IMG/VR virus record: IMGVR_UViG_3300025141_013347
Location: 1-61,706 of that record
Length of the DNA: 61,706 bases
DNA from: a virus
Lineage: Duplodnaviria > Caudoviricetes
Direction: 5' to 3' (one strand)
Shown here: one piece after another, positions 27,942-36,927 of the stretch
Layout of the letters: every line of letters starts with the position of its first letter
How positions within the stretch are numbered: position 1 is the stretch's first letter
The notes under the pieces: model-generated
What the model saw: the letters and a program-made list of their open reading frames with translations, nothing else
Told to the model about the DNA's origin: nothing
Database searches by the model: none
Translations under genes and position numbers: made by a program

Positions 27942-28178
27942 ATGGATAAAGTAGACCAGGCCGTACTATATGATTTAGTAGAATATAAGATAGCAAGAGA
28001 GCTGGATGATTTCCCTGCAGGAAGTCAACAGTGGAGTCTTATCTTTCGTGTGTTGGAACTTTATTTAGAAGAGAAAATAAACGTAAGCTGGTCAGGCACC
28101 GACATGAAAATAACCATGAGAGATGGTACAGATCCACCACCAGACTTGTTTGAGGGGATACTAGAAGATAGTGATTGA
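27942..28178 (+). CDS. hypothetical protein
   Basis: ORF. Confidence 0.6.
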   Translation: MDKVDQAVLYDLVEYKIARELDDFPAGSQQWSLIFRVLELYLEEKINVSWSGTDMKITMRDGTDPPPDLFEGILEDSD

Positions 28179-28308
28179 AGATATTTATGATTGTATGGGT
28201 ACCCTTACGCTTCTGATGGCAGCCGCAGCCTCATGGGTGATGTGGGATCTCTATTCATTGGTAAGTTTTACATGCGATATTTTAAAACTTGCGGGGGGTA
28301 GTTAGGGT

Positions 28309-28830
28309 ATGTTAAAGATTGGAAAAGGTGTTACCATTGGTCCGAATGTAGAGACCCCCCGAGCCGGCAAAATTGGATTTACATGCGGCGCGTTCGATTT
28401 ACTCCACGCAGGCCATGCGCTAATGCTGAAAGAAGCAGCACAACAATGTGACTATTTGATTGTAGGAGTCCAAGGTGATCCATCGATAGATCGCCCTGCT
28501 AAGAATAAACCGGTTCAATGCTATGAAGAGCGGATAATAATGGCTAGCGCCATTAAGTGGGTCGACGAAATTGCTCTTTACAATACTGAAGAGGAACTCT
28601 ATAAGCTTTTGAAAGAACTAAAGCCGGATATAAGAATAGTGGGCGCCGACTGGAGAGGAAAAGAATTCACGGGTCATGACTTGCCTATTGAGGTTTATTA
28701 TAACACACGGGATCATAACTGGTCAACTAGTTTTTTGAGGGATCGTGTTTATGAAGCAGAAAAGTCTAAACGTCCCAACTTACCTGACGACCTTCTATAT
28801 TGTAGTGAGTATTCTGATCCTGAAGAGTAG
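28309..28830 (+). CDS. cytidylyltransferase family (TagD/RfaE-like)
   Basis: FTCGAFDLLHAGH (HxGH), KNKP, R....ST. Confidence 0.9.
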   Translation: MLKIGKGVTIGPNVETPRAGKIGFTCGAFDLLHAGHALMLKEAAQQCDYLIVGVQGDPSIDRPAKNKPVQCYEERIIMASAIKWVDEIALYNTEEELYKLLKELKPDIRIVGADWRGKEFTGHDLPIEVYYNTRDHNWSTSFLRDRVYEAEKSKRPNLPDDLLYCSEYSDPEE

Positions 28831-28892
28831 GTTTTCTATAATATATTTTTGTTAAAATAGGTTAAAGTGTATTCTCTAACTTATTTATAAAC

Positions 28893-29228
28893 ATGATATA
28901 CTCTGGCATTCTTGACCTTTCACGCCCTTCAATTTCTATAGATTTTGACTTAATAAAGTCTATAATTCATCGACTAATAAAGACGACGATAGGCGACACC
29001 CTTAATACGAAGCAGTTTGATGTTTCGCATCTTCTGTGGTATCCTAGCTGGAAATGGGATCGTGATAATCATAAGAAGACACTGAAGGACATATATGTCA
29101 AGCTACACCACCAAAAAGACTATCAAAAACTAGACGAGGCCTCGTTAAAGTCAAGCGGCCTTCGTCTGTGTGAATTTTTTGAATATCTTGAGAAATCGGA
29201 CGCTGTACGAGCCGGCGTCACGCCATGA
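28893..29228 (+). CDS. hypothetical protein
   Basis: ORF. Confidence 0.6.
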   Translation: MIYSGILDLSRPSISIDFDLIKSIIHRLIKTTIGDTLNTKQFDVSHLLWYPSWKWDRDNHKKTLKDIYVKLHHQKDYQKLDEASLKSSGLRLCEFFEYLEKSDAVRAGVTP

Positions 29229-29560
29229 GCGTCGAGAAAATATTTGGCGCGGGTGACCTAGTGCTTGTAGATGTGGGATCTACAGAGGCTAGCTTTGCTA
29301 CGTATGAGCCAACGATGACACCTGGTGCCTATTTTTTGTATGAAAAAATAGATTTGGATTCTTTTCCTTCATATAATGACTTTTTTGGGTCTAAGATAAA
29401 GGTGAAAAATGGCACCTTGGGATCAATAGTACAAGCTGTAGGTGCCCCGGGGCGAATGATGTCATCCCGAGCGCGTAAGAAATATTACGTTTATGAAATT
29501 TTGATAGAAGGTTCAGTTTGTCAAATATTTGCAAAAGATCTGAAGCCTACGATTTCTTAG
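29225..29560 (+). CDS. hypothetical protein, GDLV-type SH3-like
   Basis: FGAGDLVLV. Confidence 0.6.
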   Translation: MSVEKIFGAGDLVLVDVGSTEASFATYEPTMTPGAYFLYEKIDLDSFPSYNDFFGSKIKVKNGTLGSIVQAVGAPGRMMSSRARKKYYVYEILIEGSVCQIFAKDLKPTIS

Positions 29561-29916
29561 TTGGATTTCCAAAACACCTGGATTGAAACTATAATAAGTG
29601 ACAAGAGTACACATACTAACGTTTTAGGAGTCATCATTGATTCCTTTAACAGAACCCACGTCAGTATAGGAAATACGAGGTATGAAGCACCAAACGCTAT
29701 AAATCTTACTGCCCACAACGATTCTTCTAGGGTAGAATATAGAATTCTAGTCCCATAATATGATAAGAGTGTGATAGGAATTGAGATTGCAATAGAGATA
29801 ATCAGGCTTCTAGCTTTCCATTCCTCACTTACGAACTGAAGATTCATTGAAAACCAGATCATCGCATGCATTAGAAGAAAAATACCAGTGCCGGCGCAAA
29901 ATTGTGCTATATTCAT
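29557..29916 (-). CDS. 4-TM small membrane protein (DMT/EamA-like)
   Basis: Four hydrophobic helices, KE...P.T motif. Confidence 0.7.
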   Translation of the reverse strand: MNIAQFCAGTGIFLLMHAMIWFSMNLQFVSEEWKARSLIISIAISIPITLLSYYGTRILYSTLEESLWAVRFIAFGASYLVFPILTWVLLKESMMTPKTLVCVLLSLIIVSIQVFWKSN

Positions 29917-29985
29917 GTGTCTATTTTTTATATTCTAACCTTACCCTAATTATAATTATAAATAGAGAAAAGGATAGCATACATT

Positions 29986-30852
29986 ATGATAGTCAATAAT
30001 TTAATAGGGGACACCCCACTAATTCAGGTGTCAGAGAATGTCTACGCCAAACTAGAGACGGTTAACCCCTCAGGTTCTGTGAAGGATAGGATGGTATCAT
30101 ATTTAATTTCTCGTGCTATTGAATCTGGGGAGCTGTGTGAAAGACATGATACACTTATCGAGGCCAGCAGTGGTAACACCGGTATAAGTTTATCAATGAT
30201 GGGAGCAGCCCTAGGGCGTCATGTTATTATTATCATGCCTCAAAATATGAGTGAAGAGAGAAAGTCTATGATGCGTTCGTACGGCGCTGAGATAATTGAG
30301 GTGGGAGATAATGCATTTGCAGATGCCATCGCTCTTCGTGATAAGTTATTAACACAAAACTTGAATTACTGGAGCCCTAAGCAATTTTCTAATCCGCTAA
30401 ACATCGAATGTCACTTTACAACAACTGCGTGGGAAATATTTAGTGGCATGCCTCGTGATAAAAAGCTGGAGGCGTTTATTCATGGGGCTGGGACTGGGGG
30501 GACCATGATGGGCATAAAGAAATTTTTTGACCGCTGGCCGGATTTTGCATATAATCCTGAATTTATCCTTGTACAGCCGGCAGAGCCAGCATCCGAGCAT
30601 GGTATTCAGGGAATAAATGATGGTGCTGATTTTTTGGTGGATACAGCGTCGATGCATGGAAATATTATGATATCAACTAATGAGGCAATCGAGAGAGCAA
30701 AAAGGTTCGCTAGCGAAACCGGATTGCTGGTGGGTATAAGTTCCGGTGCGAACCTATTGGCATGCGAAAGATATATTGAGGAAAGGGATATAGAGGGCTT
30801 TGTCGTAACGATCTTATGTGATCGCGGTGAGCGCTATTTAAGCATCTTTTAA
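29986..30852 (+). CDS. cysK: cysteine synthase (CysK/CysM family, PLP)
   Basis: AKLE..NPSGSVKDR, SSGNTG, GAGTGGT, GISSGAN, DRGERYLS. Confidence 0.92.
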   Translation: MIVNNLIGDTPLIQVSENVYAKLETVNPSGSVKDRMVSYLISRAIESGELCERHDTLIEASSGNTGISLSMMGAALGRHVIIIMPQNMSEERKSMMRSYGAEIIEVGDNAFADAIALRDKLLTQNLNYWSPKQFSNPLNIECHFTTTAWEIFSGMPRDKKLEAFIHGAGTGGTMMGIKKFFDRWPDFAYNPEFILVQPAEPASEHGIQGINDGADFLVDTASMHGNIMISTNEAIERAKRFASETGLLVGISSGANLLACERYIEERDIEGFVVTILCDRGERYLSIF

Positions 30853-32147
30853 GGCATCATACTTTTAATAAGCTCGCGCCTTTCATCTTCATTGGTCCAT
30901 ACCTTTCTTGCATCATCACTTAAAGAGTGTAGCGGGTCAAAGTACAAGAATTTCCTCCCGGGCTTTACGCTGGGGGCCGTGTAAATACTGATCCCAAACT
31001 TTCTGTCATAGAGTTCAAATGAGTGAACGCAGCGTTTTCCACCCCCGCCAGGTGCATCGACTACAAACGTCGGTGTATTAAACCCGGATGTTACTCCTCT
31101 CACATGCTTTTCAACATCTATCGCCGTCTGTACGGATGTTCTCATATCTTCTGTGCCCGCTGTTAAGTCATGGACATATACATAATAGGGCTGGATATTA
31201 ATATAGCTCAGCTTTTTGATCAACGGGATCATTTCTTCCGGTGTATCATTAACCCCTGCCTGAAAGACTGACTGATTGCGTACTTTCACCCCACGTGAAA
31301 ATAGTAGATTCATCGCATCACGTGTGATATTGGTAATTTCATTGGTATGATTAAAGTGCGTGTGAATGCATACTTCTTTATATTGTTTTCTACCCTTTTC
31401 TACGATCCTACAAACTTCGTCCGTCCATTGCGTATCGGTGAGTATTTTCATGGGCATGATTGCTAATCCTTTTGTCGCGAATCGAAACCTACGAATATGA
31501 TCAATTTTAAGAAGTTCTTCGCCTACTTCTTTTACTTGCGATGCCTTTAGACGATATGAGTCTCCACCTGATATCACCACATCCTGGATCTGCTTGTTTT
31601 CTTTGAGGTATTTGAACATATCGTTCCACCGATCTTTAGTGGCCTTGATAGATATCTTTTCAGCAGTATCTGTGTCACCTCCCACAGCGTAGGCTCGTGT
31701 ACAGTACCGACAATAAACTGGGCACGTGTCAAGCGCAAGAAACAAAACTTTATCTTCGTACCTATGGGTCAGGCCTCTTACGGGGGAATCTGCCTGTTCA
31801 CCCAAGCTATCGAATCTCAACATAGGGTGGTCAGGTTGTAGATGAGAAGCAAGTGTCAGAAATTGTCTTCTAATGGGACAGTTGGCGGGATCTTTAAAGT
31901 CCATTAATGACAGTAGGTACGGAGTTATCCTAGTTGTCATAGGGGCTTTTTTAAACCCGGCGGCTGCGTCTTCTAAAAATTCATCATCCACAAGATCCTG
32001 GATTGTTTTAAGAAGCTTTTTATGGTTTGTAATTGCATTCTTTTCTTGCCATCGGTGGTCTATAAACGTCTTATAATCGACATTCTTCCACACAGGTATA
32101 TGCTTCCAAAATTCATCATCTCTAAATACTTTAAAGTTTGTCATCAT
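30849..32147 (-). CDS. KamA family radical SAM aminomutase (lysine 2,3-aminomutase-like)
   Basis: HRY.DK, CPVYCRYC, SGGD, HFNH, VDAPGGGGK. Confidence 0.92.
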   Translation of the reverse strand: MMTNFKVFRDDEFWKHIPVWKNVDYKTFIDHRWQEKNAITNHKKLLKTIQDLVDDEFLEDAAAGFKKAPMTTRITPYLLSLMDFKDPANCPIRRQFLTLASHLQPDHPMLRFDSLGEQADSPVRGLTHRYEDKVLFLALDTCPVYCRYCTRAYAVGGDTDTAEKISIKATKDRWNDMFKYLKENKQIQDVVISGGDSYRLKASQVKEVGEELLKIDHIRRFRFATKGLAIMPMKILTDTQWTDEVCRIVEKGRKQYKEVCIHTHFNHTNEITNITRDAMNLLFSRGVKVRNQSVFQAGVNDTPEEMIPLIKKLSYINIQPYYVYVHDLTAGTEDMRTSVQTAIDVEKHVRGVTSGFNTPTFVVDAPGGGGKRCVHSFELYDRKFGISIYTAPSVKPGRKFLYFDPLHSLSDDARKVWTNEDERRELIKSMMP

Positions 32148-32219
32148 ATCAATACATATCTCCCATGTTTTTAGTTTGCAGGTAATGTAAGCAACCTCGA
32201 ATAATAGTATACAAAAATT

Positions 32220-32248
32220 GTGCAAATTTTCGTAATTTGAGGTATAAT
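32220..32248 (+). promoter_or_regulatory. GTGCAA-N17-TATAAT promoter
   Basis: Exact 17-nt spacer. Confidence 0.75.
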
Positions 32249-32269
32249 AGTACTATAAGGAGATAATCT

Positions 32270-32599
32270 ATGGCAAAACTATCACGTCGTGTTCGTCAAC
32301 AAGCCAAATGGGCTATTCGGAACATTCACGCTAGTAGCGAAGAGAACGTGTCCAATAATATTGCACGAAAGTCTACATCTTTTCCCTATAGCGAGGGATC
32401 ACTAGTTCAGTTCCGTCGCGACTATAGTTCCTATGGGGATTCTAATTGCCCCCGTGGAACGATGTGTTTGGTTATGACATCTCCCACACCGGCTCCATAC
32501 AACTCCAGTATCTATCTGGTAGACGTGATGGTCAATGGCGAGATGGTGTGTGATGTACCTGCCAAGATTCTTCTTTTACAAGAGGACGAAAGTGAATAA
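32270..32599 (+). CDS. hypothetical protein with SH3-like C-terminal half
   Basis: AAGGAG SD after promoter. Confidence 0.7.
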   Translation: MAKLSRRVRQQAKWAIRNIHASSEENVSNNIARKSTSFPYSEGSLVQFRRDYSSYGDSNCPRGTMCLVMTSPTPAPYNSSIYLVDVMVNGEMVCDVPAKILLLQEDESE

Positions 32600-32638
32600 C
32601 GTCCTACTTATATAAATGGAATCATTAAGGAGTATAAA

Positions 32639-32890
32639 ATGAAAAGTGAAGGAGGTCCACTTTTATTGGAAGGGCATGGATTAATAATGGGTGATGGAAG
32701 ATTAGCGTTGTGCATGCATGTATACCCTCCCCCTCCCCCTAGCGAGTGGCAACAGGGAATATGGCGTGATAACCCAAACCAGACATGGGAATATGAGCTC
32801 TTCGCGGAAGGGAATACAATTGTAATTAATAATGATGATGTTGAAGAAGAGCTTTCGCAAGGCGGAAGGGTGATCATCCTGGATATATAG
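32639..32890 (+). CDS. hypothetical protein
   Basis: AAGGAG SD. Confidence 0.6.
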   Translation: MKSEGGPLLLEGHGLIMGDGRLALCMHVYPPPPPSEWQQGIWRDNPNQTWEYELFAEGNTIVINNDDVEEELSQGGRVIILDI

Positions 32891-32899
32891 GAGTAGGGT

Positions 32900-33115
32900 A
32901 TGTGGATAGCAATCACTATTATAATGTTAGTAATGCTATATGGTGCCTATAGGCACATATCACGTGTCGTTTGCTCTAGGAAAGAAGACACCAGGCCAAA
33001 GCGTAATGATGTGTTTCTTTCACATTCCTACATGGACGTCTTCTATAAACGCAGGCTAATTCAGAAATACTATCGCTTAAAAAGAGAACATGAAAGGCGC
33101 TCAAAGCCTGACTAA
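32900..33115 (+). CDS. small membrane protein
   Basis: N-terminal TM helix. Confidence 0.55.
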   Translation: MWIAITIIMLVMLYGAYRHISRVVCSRKEDTRPKRNDVFLSHSYMDVFYKRRLIQKYYRLKREHERRSKPD

Positions 33116-33493
33116 GCCTGTGATTAGCCGGCTAGTTAGTATGTGGCGTGCTGATTGATGATATCAACTTCAGAACCATGGTGTGATGTTATATCTCCGT
33201 CGTTCCATGCAATCAGGTAAGTGGTTAACCACGTTTCATTCTTTTCTTCTAAAATGATTCCGATTCGATTGGGCTGGGTTCTCCATGTTGTTCCTTCAAC
33301 ATGCTCCAGGCTCCAGTCTCTTGCCGTACATCCAATGTTTGAGTTCGGTTGAAAATTGATCATTTGTGTATTTACCATCGTCTGCATAGAGGGTAATATT
33401 AATAAGACGGCATGGGTTGTAAAAAATAAAAAAATAATTAATCTCATGAGATATGTGAGGGTGTGATAAATACTTATATGAAAGAGGTATCAC

Positions 33494-33778
33494 GTGGATA
33501 AAAGTACAAAGAATACATCAGTGGACAAGCTTTTTGTATGTAGTATTTATGACACCAGGCCAGATACCTGTAAGGGATATCCATGGAACTTTGCCAACCG
33601 AATGTTCAAAGATTGTATATTCGTTGATATGGAAAATGAGAAACTTCGTACCATGGAAGAGCAATTAGAACTCAATACCAAGCAAGAGATCAACGACTAT
33701 TGTGTACAATGCGGCCGATGCTGTTTTTTCGGTCCGGCGGCGTGTTCAAAGCTTAGGGTTAAAGAAGTACCTAGGTGA
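33494..33778 (+). CDS. YkgJ/CxxCxxCC cysteine-cluster protein, permuted motif order
   Basis: CSIYDTRPDTC..YP at the N-terminus, CVQCGRCC near the C-terminus. Confidence 0.75.
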   Translation: MDKSTKNTSVDKLFVCSIYDTRPDTCKGYPWNFANRMFKDCIFVDMENEKLRTMEEQLELNTKQEINDYCVQCGRCCFFGPAACSKLRVKEVPR

Positions 33779-33820
33779 CAAGGGACGTCCTGTACAGCTA
33801 GCTACAGGCAGGAGATAAAG

Positions 33821-34117
33821 ATGGGTAAAATGAAAGAGACATTCGGCGATCGCCAGGAGATAGTAAGTGCTATCAACAAGATCTTAGAAACAACCTGGAC
33901 AAATGAAGAAGTCCGTGATGGAAAAGTCATCGACATTCCGCCAGGGTGGCGAGTTCATATGTCTTACCTCCTACCCAGATATAAGCAGGCCGGTTGGGTC
34001 GTTACGAGGAGTGTTGAATTATCCTCAGAGTTTCCAGGTGCCCGTCGTGAATATCTCAGCTTTGTTAATCCTCTCTGGCTTAAATGTCCAACAGAGATAA
34101 GGGTAAAACCGGCCTAG
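33821..34117 (+). CDS. hypothetical protein
   Basis: GGAG SD; Y...GW.V motif. Confidence 0.65.
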   Translation: MGKMKETFGDRQEIVSAINKILETTWTNEEVRDGKVIDIPPGWRVHMSYLLPRYKQAGWVVTRSVELSSEFPGARREYLSFVNPLWLKCPTEIRVKPA

Positions 34118-34134
34118 GCGGCCGACCGCGTGTT

Positions 34135-34731
34135 TTATAAATTCAGGCGGCAGAGTTTAAAATTTACCCTTTGTATGAAATTACTATGACGCAGGGTCCA
34201 ACCATAATATAAAGAGCCTTCGTGATCCGGATCACCATGACGTTGATTGGTTGCCCATAGCGCAACATGTATGAGTTCATGAACAAACGATGTTAGGCAT
34301 ATCCGTTGGCCAATATCGATATAGACCCACATGTACCCTTTGGTCAACGTGAGACCTTTGATTCTACCTAGGTTAACCTTTGTGCCATTAATGGAGTATC
34401 CTCCTCCGGGTACCGGTGCGTCCCTCCATTCAATCATCAGGTTGTCTATAGCTTTTCTTACACGATCGTGAGGGTCGCCAAATTGGTGTTCCCATTCTTC
34501 GAAGAAGATATCCAATGCCATTGATGTGTCAGTGGGTCTCGGTCGTTGACAGTCGGGTACCAGTTGCCATCCGTATGGTATATTTGGGATCTTAAGCATT
34601 TGTGGGAAGGGCTTAGAATTGTCACATGTTCTAGAGCCGGTGATCGTCTTAGCATGCCTAACAGGGGTCATGATACAGCCGGCCGATAGTAGCGCTATAG
34701 TTGCAATCACTAGTGGGCGAAATACCGGCAT
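34135..34731 (-). CDS. lipoprotein with HExxH zincin-like motif
   Basis: SAGC lipobox; SFVHELIH. Confidence 0.7.
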   Translation of the reverse strand: MPVFRPLVIATIALLSAGCIMTPVRHAKTITGSRTCDNSKPFPQMLKIPNIPYGWQLVPDCQRPRPTDTSMALDIFFEEWEHQFGDPHDRVRKAIDNLMIEWRDAPVPGGGYSINGTKVNLGRIKGLTLTKGYMWVYIDIGQRICLTSFVHELIHVALWATNQRHGDPDHEGSLYYGWTLRHSNFIQRVNFKLCRLNL

Positions 34732-34810
34732 GATATTATAAGTATACGCTTGCGGTCGGGGTCGACCGCCTTTGATGTTTAAAAATATGTTAGGCGGCCT
34801 ACTTAATAGT

Positions 34811-35029
34811 ATGCACAAAGGTGATCTTATACTTTTTCACTCCCCCTCCTTCGGCAAGAATGACGGCACCGGTAGGCGGCCGGTGTATATAGACGCAGGG
34901 AATATCGGCATCTTCTATAGAAACATAGGCGGCAACGAGTTAGAGGTATATGTGTTAGGACAAATGACGAGAGTGATGGAGTCCAAGGTACGTAAGATAG
35001 GGTCATGCGTGGAATTGGCTAACGCATAG
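34811..35029 (+). CDS. small GDL-type SH3-like protein
   Basis: MHKGDLILF. Confidence 0.55.
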   Translation: MHKGDLILFHSPSFGKNDGTGRRPVYIDAGNIGIFYRNIGGNELEVYVLGQMTRVMESKVRKIGSCVELANA

Positions 35030-35205
35030 AGTTGAACGTACGAACCGTCGTTCGCCCGATTCACCTCAAGCGGGATAAGCGTGATAGGCGTATAGTGAGT
35101 ATACGTGTGACAGACAGCCGCCTCGTTCGTGAGGGTACGCAAACCAGAGCCAGTTCAGAATTTGCGCCGACTACGCGCACGGCTAAAAACAGAAGTTACA
35201 GAGTA

Positions 35206-35610
35206 TTAGGGGGAAGGTACCGGTAGGGGTACCGCGATGTCCCATGCACAAAAACTAGCATCCACCCATCCGGTCGTCTCAACCCACTCAACGTCTCCGC
35301 CCCCTATCAGTTTAACGGGACCAAGACCAAACAGGTCAATACTAGAACCAGGCATAACTACGCGATCCATACCGTCTGCATCCCCGGGAACTCGTATACG
35401 CAGGAATCCCTTTCGCACCCAGATTTCGTGCCCTAGGGGGTCATCAGCATGCCTCGTGACACACATTCCAGACATTAACCTGGTAACCCTTATGGAACCG
35501 TACTTGTCGTCCTGGACAACCCATTCCCATCCCCATGGGTATCTGAGAAAGTTGAGATTATCGCGCTCATCTACCGTAGATTTAGAATCTTTTGAATTAG
35601 TGTAATTCAT
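35206..35610 (-). CDS. cupin-like protein
   Basis: RYPWG.E motif and beta-rich pattern of MPI-type cupins. Confidence 0.5.
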   Translation of the reverse strand: MNYTNSKDSKSTVDERDNLNFLRYPWGWEWVVQDDKYGSIRVTRLMSGMCVTRHADDPLGHEIWVRKGFLRIRVPGDADGMDRVVMPGSSIDLFGLGPVKLIGGGDVEWVETTGWVDASFCAWDIAVPLPVPSP

Positions 35611-35923
35611 GTCCTATAACTATAGCGCTATGACTCATAGTACCCATATATGCCGGTTAGTGATCCGTACATATCAAATGGCTAAATGGCTATTAGTGAG
35701 CAATAATATAGGAGGCGGGAGATGACGGGCTATACGTGCAAATTAATTCTCATGATTCTATATATAGAATTGAGTAAAAAAAAAGGGTACCTAGAACTTA
35801 GCCCCGGTACGCCGGCGGGCAGAAACTGCAGGTCGCAGGTTGCCGGCTAGCCATGTACCAGGGCTATAGTCCCCCCTCGGGTGCTCGCAGCCTATGTCAA
35901 AATCTTTACCACTTCATATATTA

Positions 35924-35952
35924 ATTGTACCATAGTGGGAGCGGATGTACAC
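35924..35952 (-). promoter_or_regulatory. GTGTAC-N17-TACAAT promoter (divergent)
   Basis: Reverse-strand copy of the promoter family. Confidence 0.6.
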
Positions 35953-36019
35953 GAGTCCGGTAAGAATAATCGTTGGCTTGTTGCCCCTGGAAATATTTGA
36001 AACTTTTTTGTAAGTTTTC

Positions 36020-36048
36020 GTGTAAACCGTCGAGATACGTGGTATAAT
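36020..36048 (+). promoter_or_regulatory. GTGTAA-N17-TATAAT promoter
   Basis: Extended -10 TGGTATAAT. Confidence 0.75.
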
Positions 36049-36076
36049 TTAAACATAATCTTAAAGAGGCAATATC

Positions 36077-36277
36077 ATGGATGATGTGCGAAAAACAATT
36101 GCGTGGTTACTGGACATGCTGGTCCAAAAGCCGGCGTCACGAGAGTTTGTTGAAGAGAAACTAGTACACATGCTCGAAGATAATGTCGCTCGAGCAAACA
36201 CAACCCCGATGAAGGGTATCGACGACGGTGAGTGGTCGGAGTTTAGCGCATCGAAAGAGAGTTTCATTGCACCATAA
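36077..36277 (+). CDS. hypothetical protein
   Basis: GAGG SD after promoter. Confidence 0.65.
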   Translation: MDDVRKTIAWLLDMLVQKPASREFVEEKLVHMLEDNVARANTTPMKGIDDGEWSEFSASKESFIAP

Positions 36278-36305
36278 AAAAATTGGGGATATCCCCGGCC
36301 GTGGG

Positions 36306-36489
36306 AGGCATGGACCAGAAAGACTTGGATAGATCACCGGGCACTGTACTTAGCGTTTGGAGCGTTAACATCTTTTTGAGAGATGGAGTCAGTGGCATGC
36401 CGGTTGAAGCCAAGCTTGTGGTTGCGTAAGCGTGGGAGTGATTCCCAGGTCAGGCCATGCCTAGTCAGGAGAAGTTGGGAACTCTTGAC
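36306..36489 (+). ncRNA. candidate structured RNA A
   Basis: Closing helix AGGCATGG/CCATGCCT, internal helices, 3' hairpin GTCAGGAG/CTCTTGAC. Confidence 0.55.
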
Positions 36490-36510
36490 ACCTTATTTGA
36501 AAATTAAATT

Positions 36511-36634
36511 TGAGGAAGTTGGTGGCGGGTGAAATCCCCGACCCCTTAAGTTCTAAGCCTCCCTTGTGAGTGGTGGAAAACGACGCTAGCTAGACCGTCG
36601 ACGTCGAAACATTGATGACGCGCCGGCTTCTTCA
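36511..36634 (+). ncRNA. candidate structured RNA B
   Basis: 14-bp closing helix TGAGGAAGTTGGTG/CGCCGGCTTCTTCA enclosing several hairpins. Confidence 0.6.
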
Positions 36635-36640
36635 TTTTAT

Positions 36641-36820
36641 ATCGGGGTAGCTCAGTCGAAGAGCGCCGTTAGTAGGAAACCGCAGGTCCACACACCGGAG
36701 TAACCGGGGAATATCGCCCCTGCCGGAATTAGTGGCGATGGGGTCTAAGGTGAAAACACTTATGCAGAGTGGATCTATGGACAAGCGGAGGTCGTTGGTT
36801 CAAATCCAGCCCTCGATACC
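36641..36820 (+). ncRNA. tRNA-like RNA with 113-nt insertion in place of the anticodon loop
   Basis: Acceptor ATCGGGG/CCTCGAT, D arm GCTC/GAGC, stem CCGTT/AGCGG, AGGTC variable loop, T arm GTTGG-TTCAAAT-CCAGC. Confidence 0.75.
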
Positions 36821-36863
36821 TAACATATGTTATAGAAAAAAAATAAAAAAAATATAGTATTTC

Positions 36864-36892
36864 GTGTAAATTTGTTGTACCCGTGGTATTAT
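36864..36892 (+). promoter_or_regulatory. GTGTAA-N17-TATTAT promoter
   Basis: Family member. Confidence 0.7.
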
Positions 36893-36927
36893 TTATATGT
36901 AAGGAAATTCTAGACCAAGGGAATGTC

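Noticed and set aside
36641-36820. tmRNA, tRNA-Sec or group I intron-containing tRNA
   Set aside because: No G3-U70 alanine identity or tag ORF, no TCA anticodon or long variable arm, and the insert is too short with no recognisable group I core.
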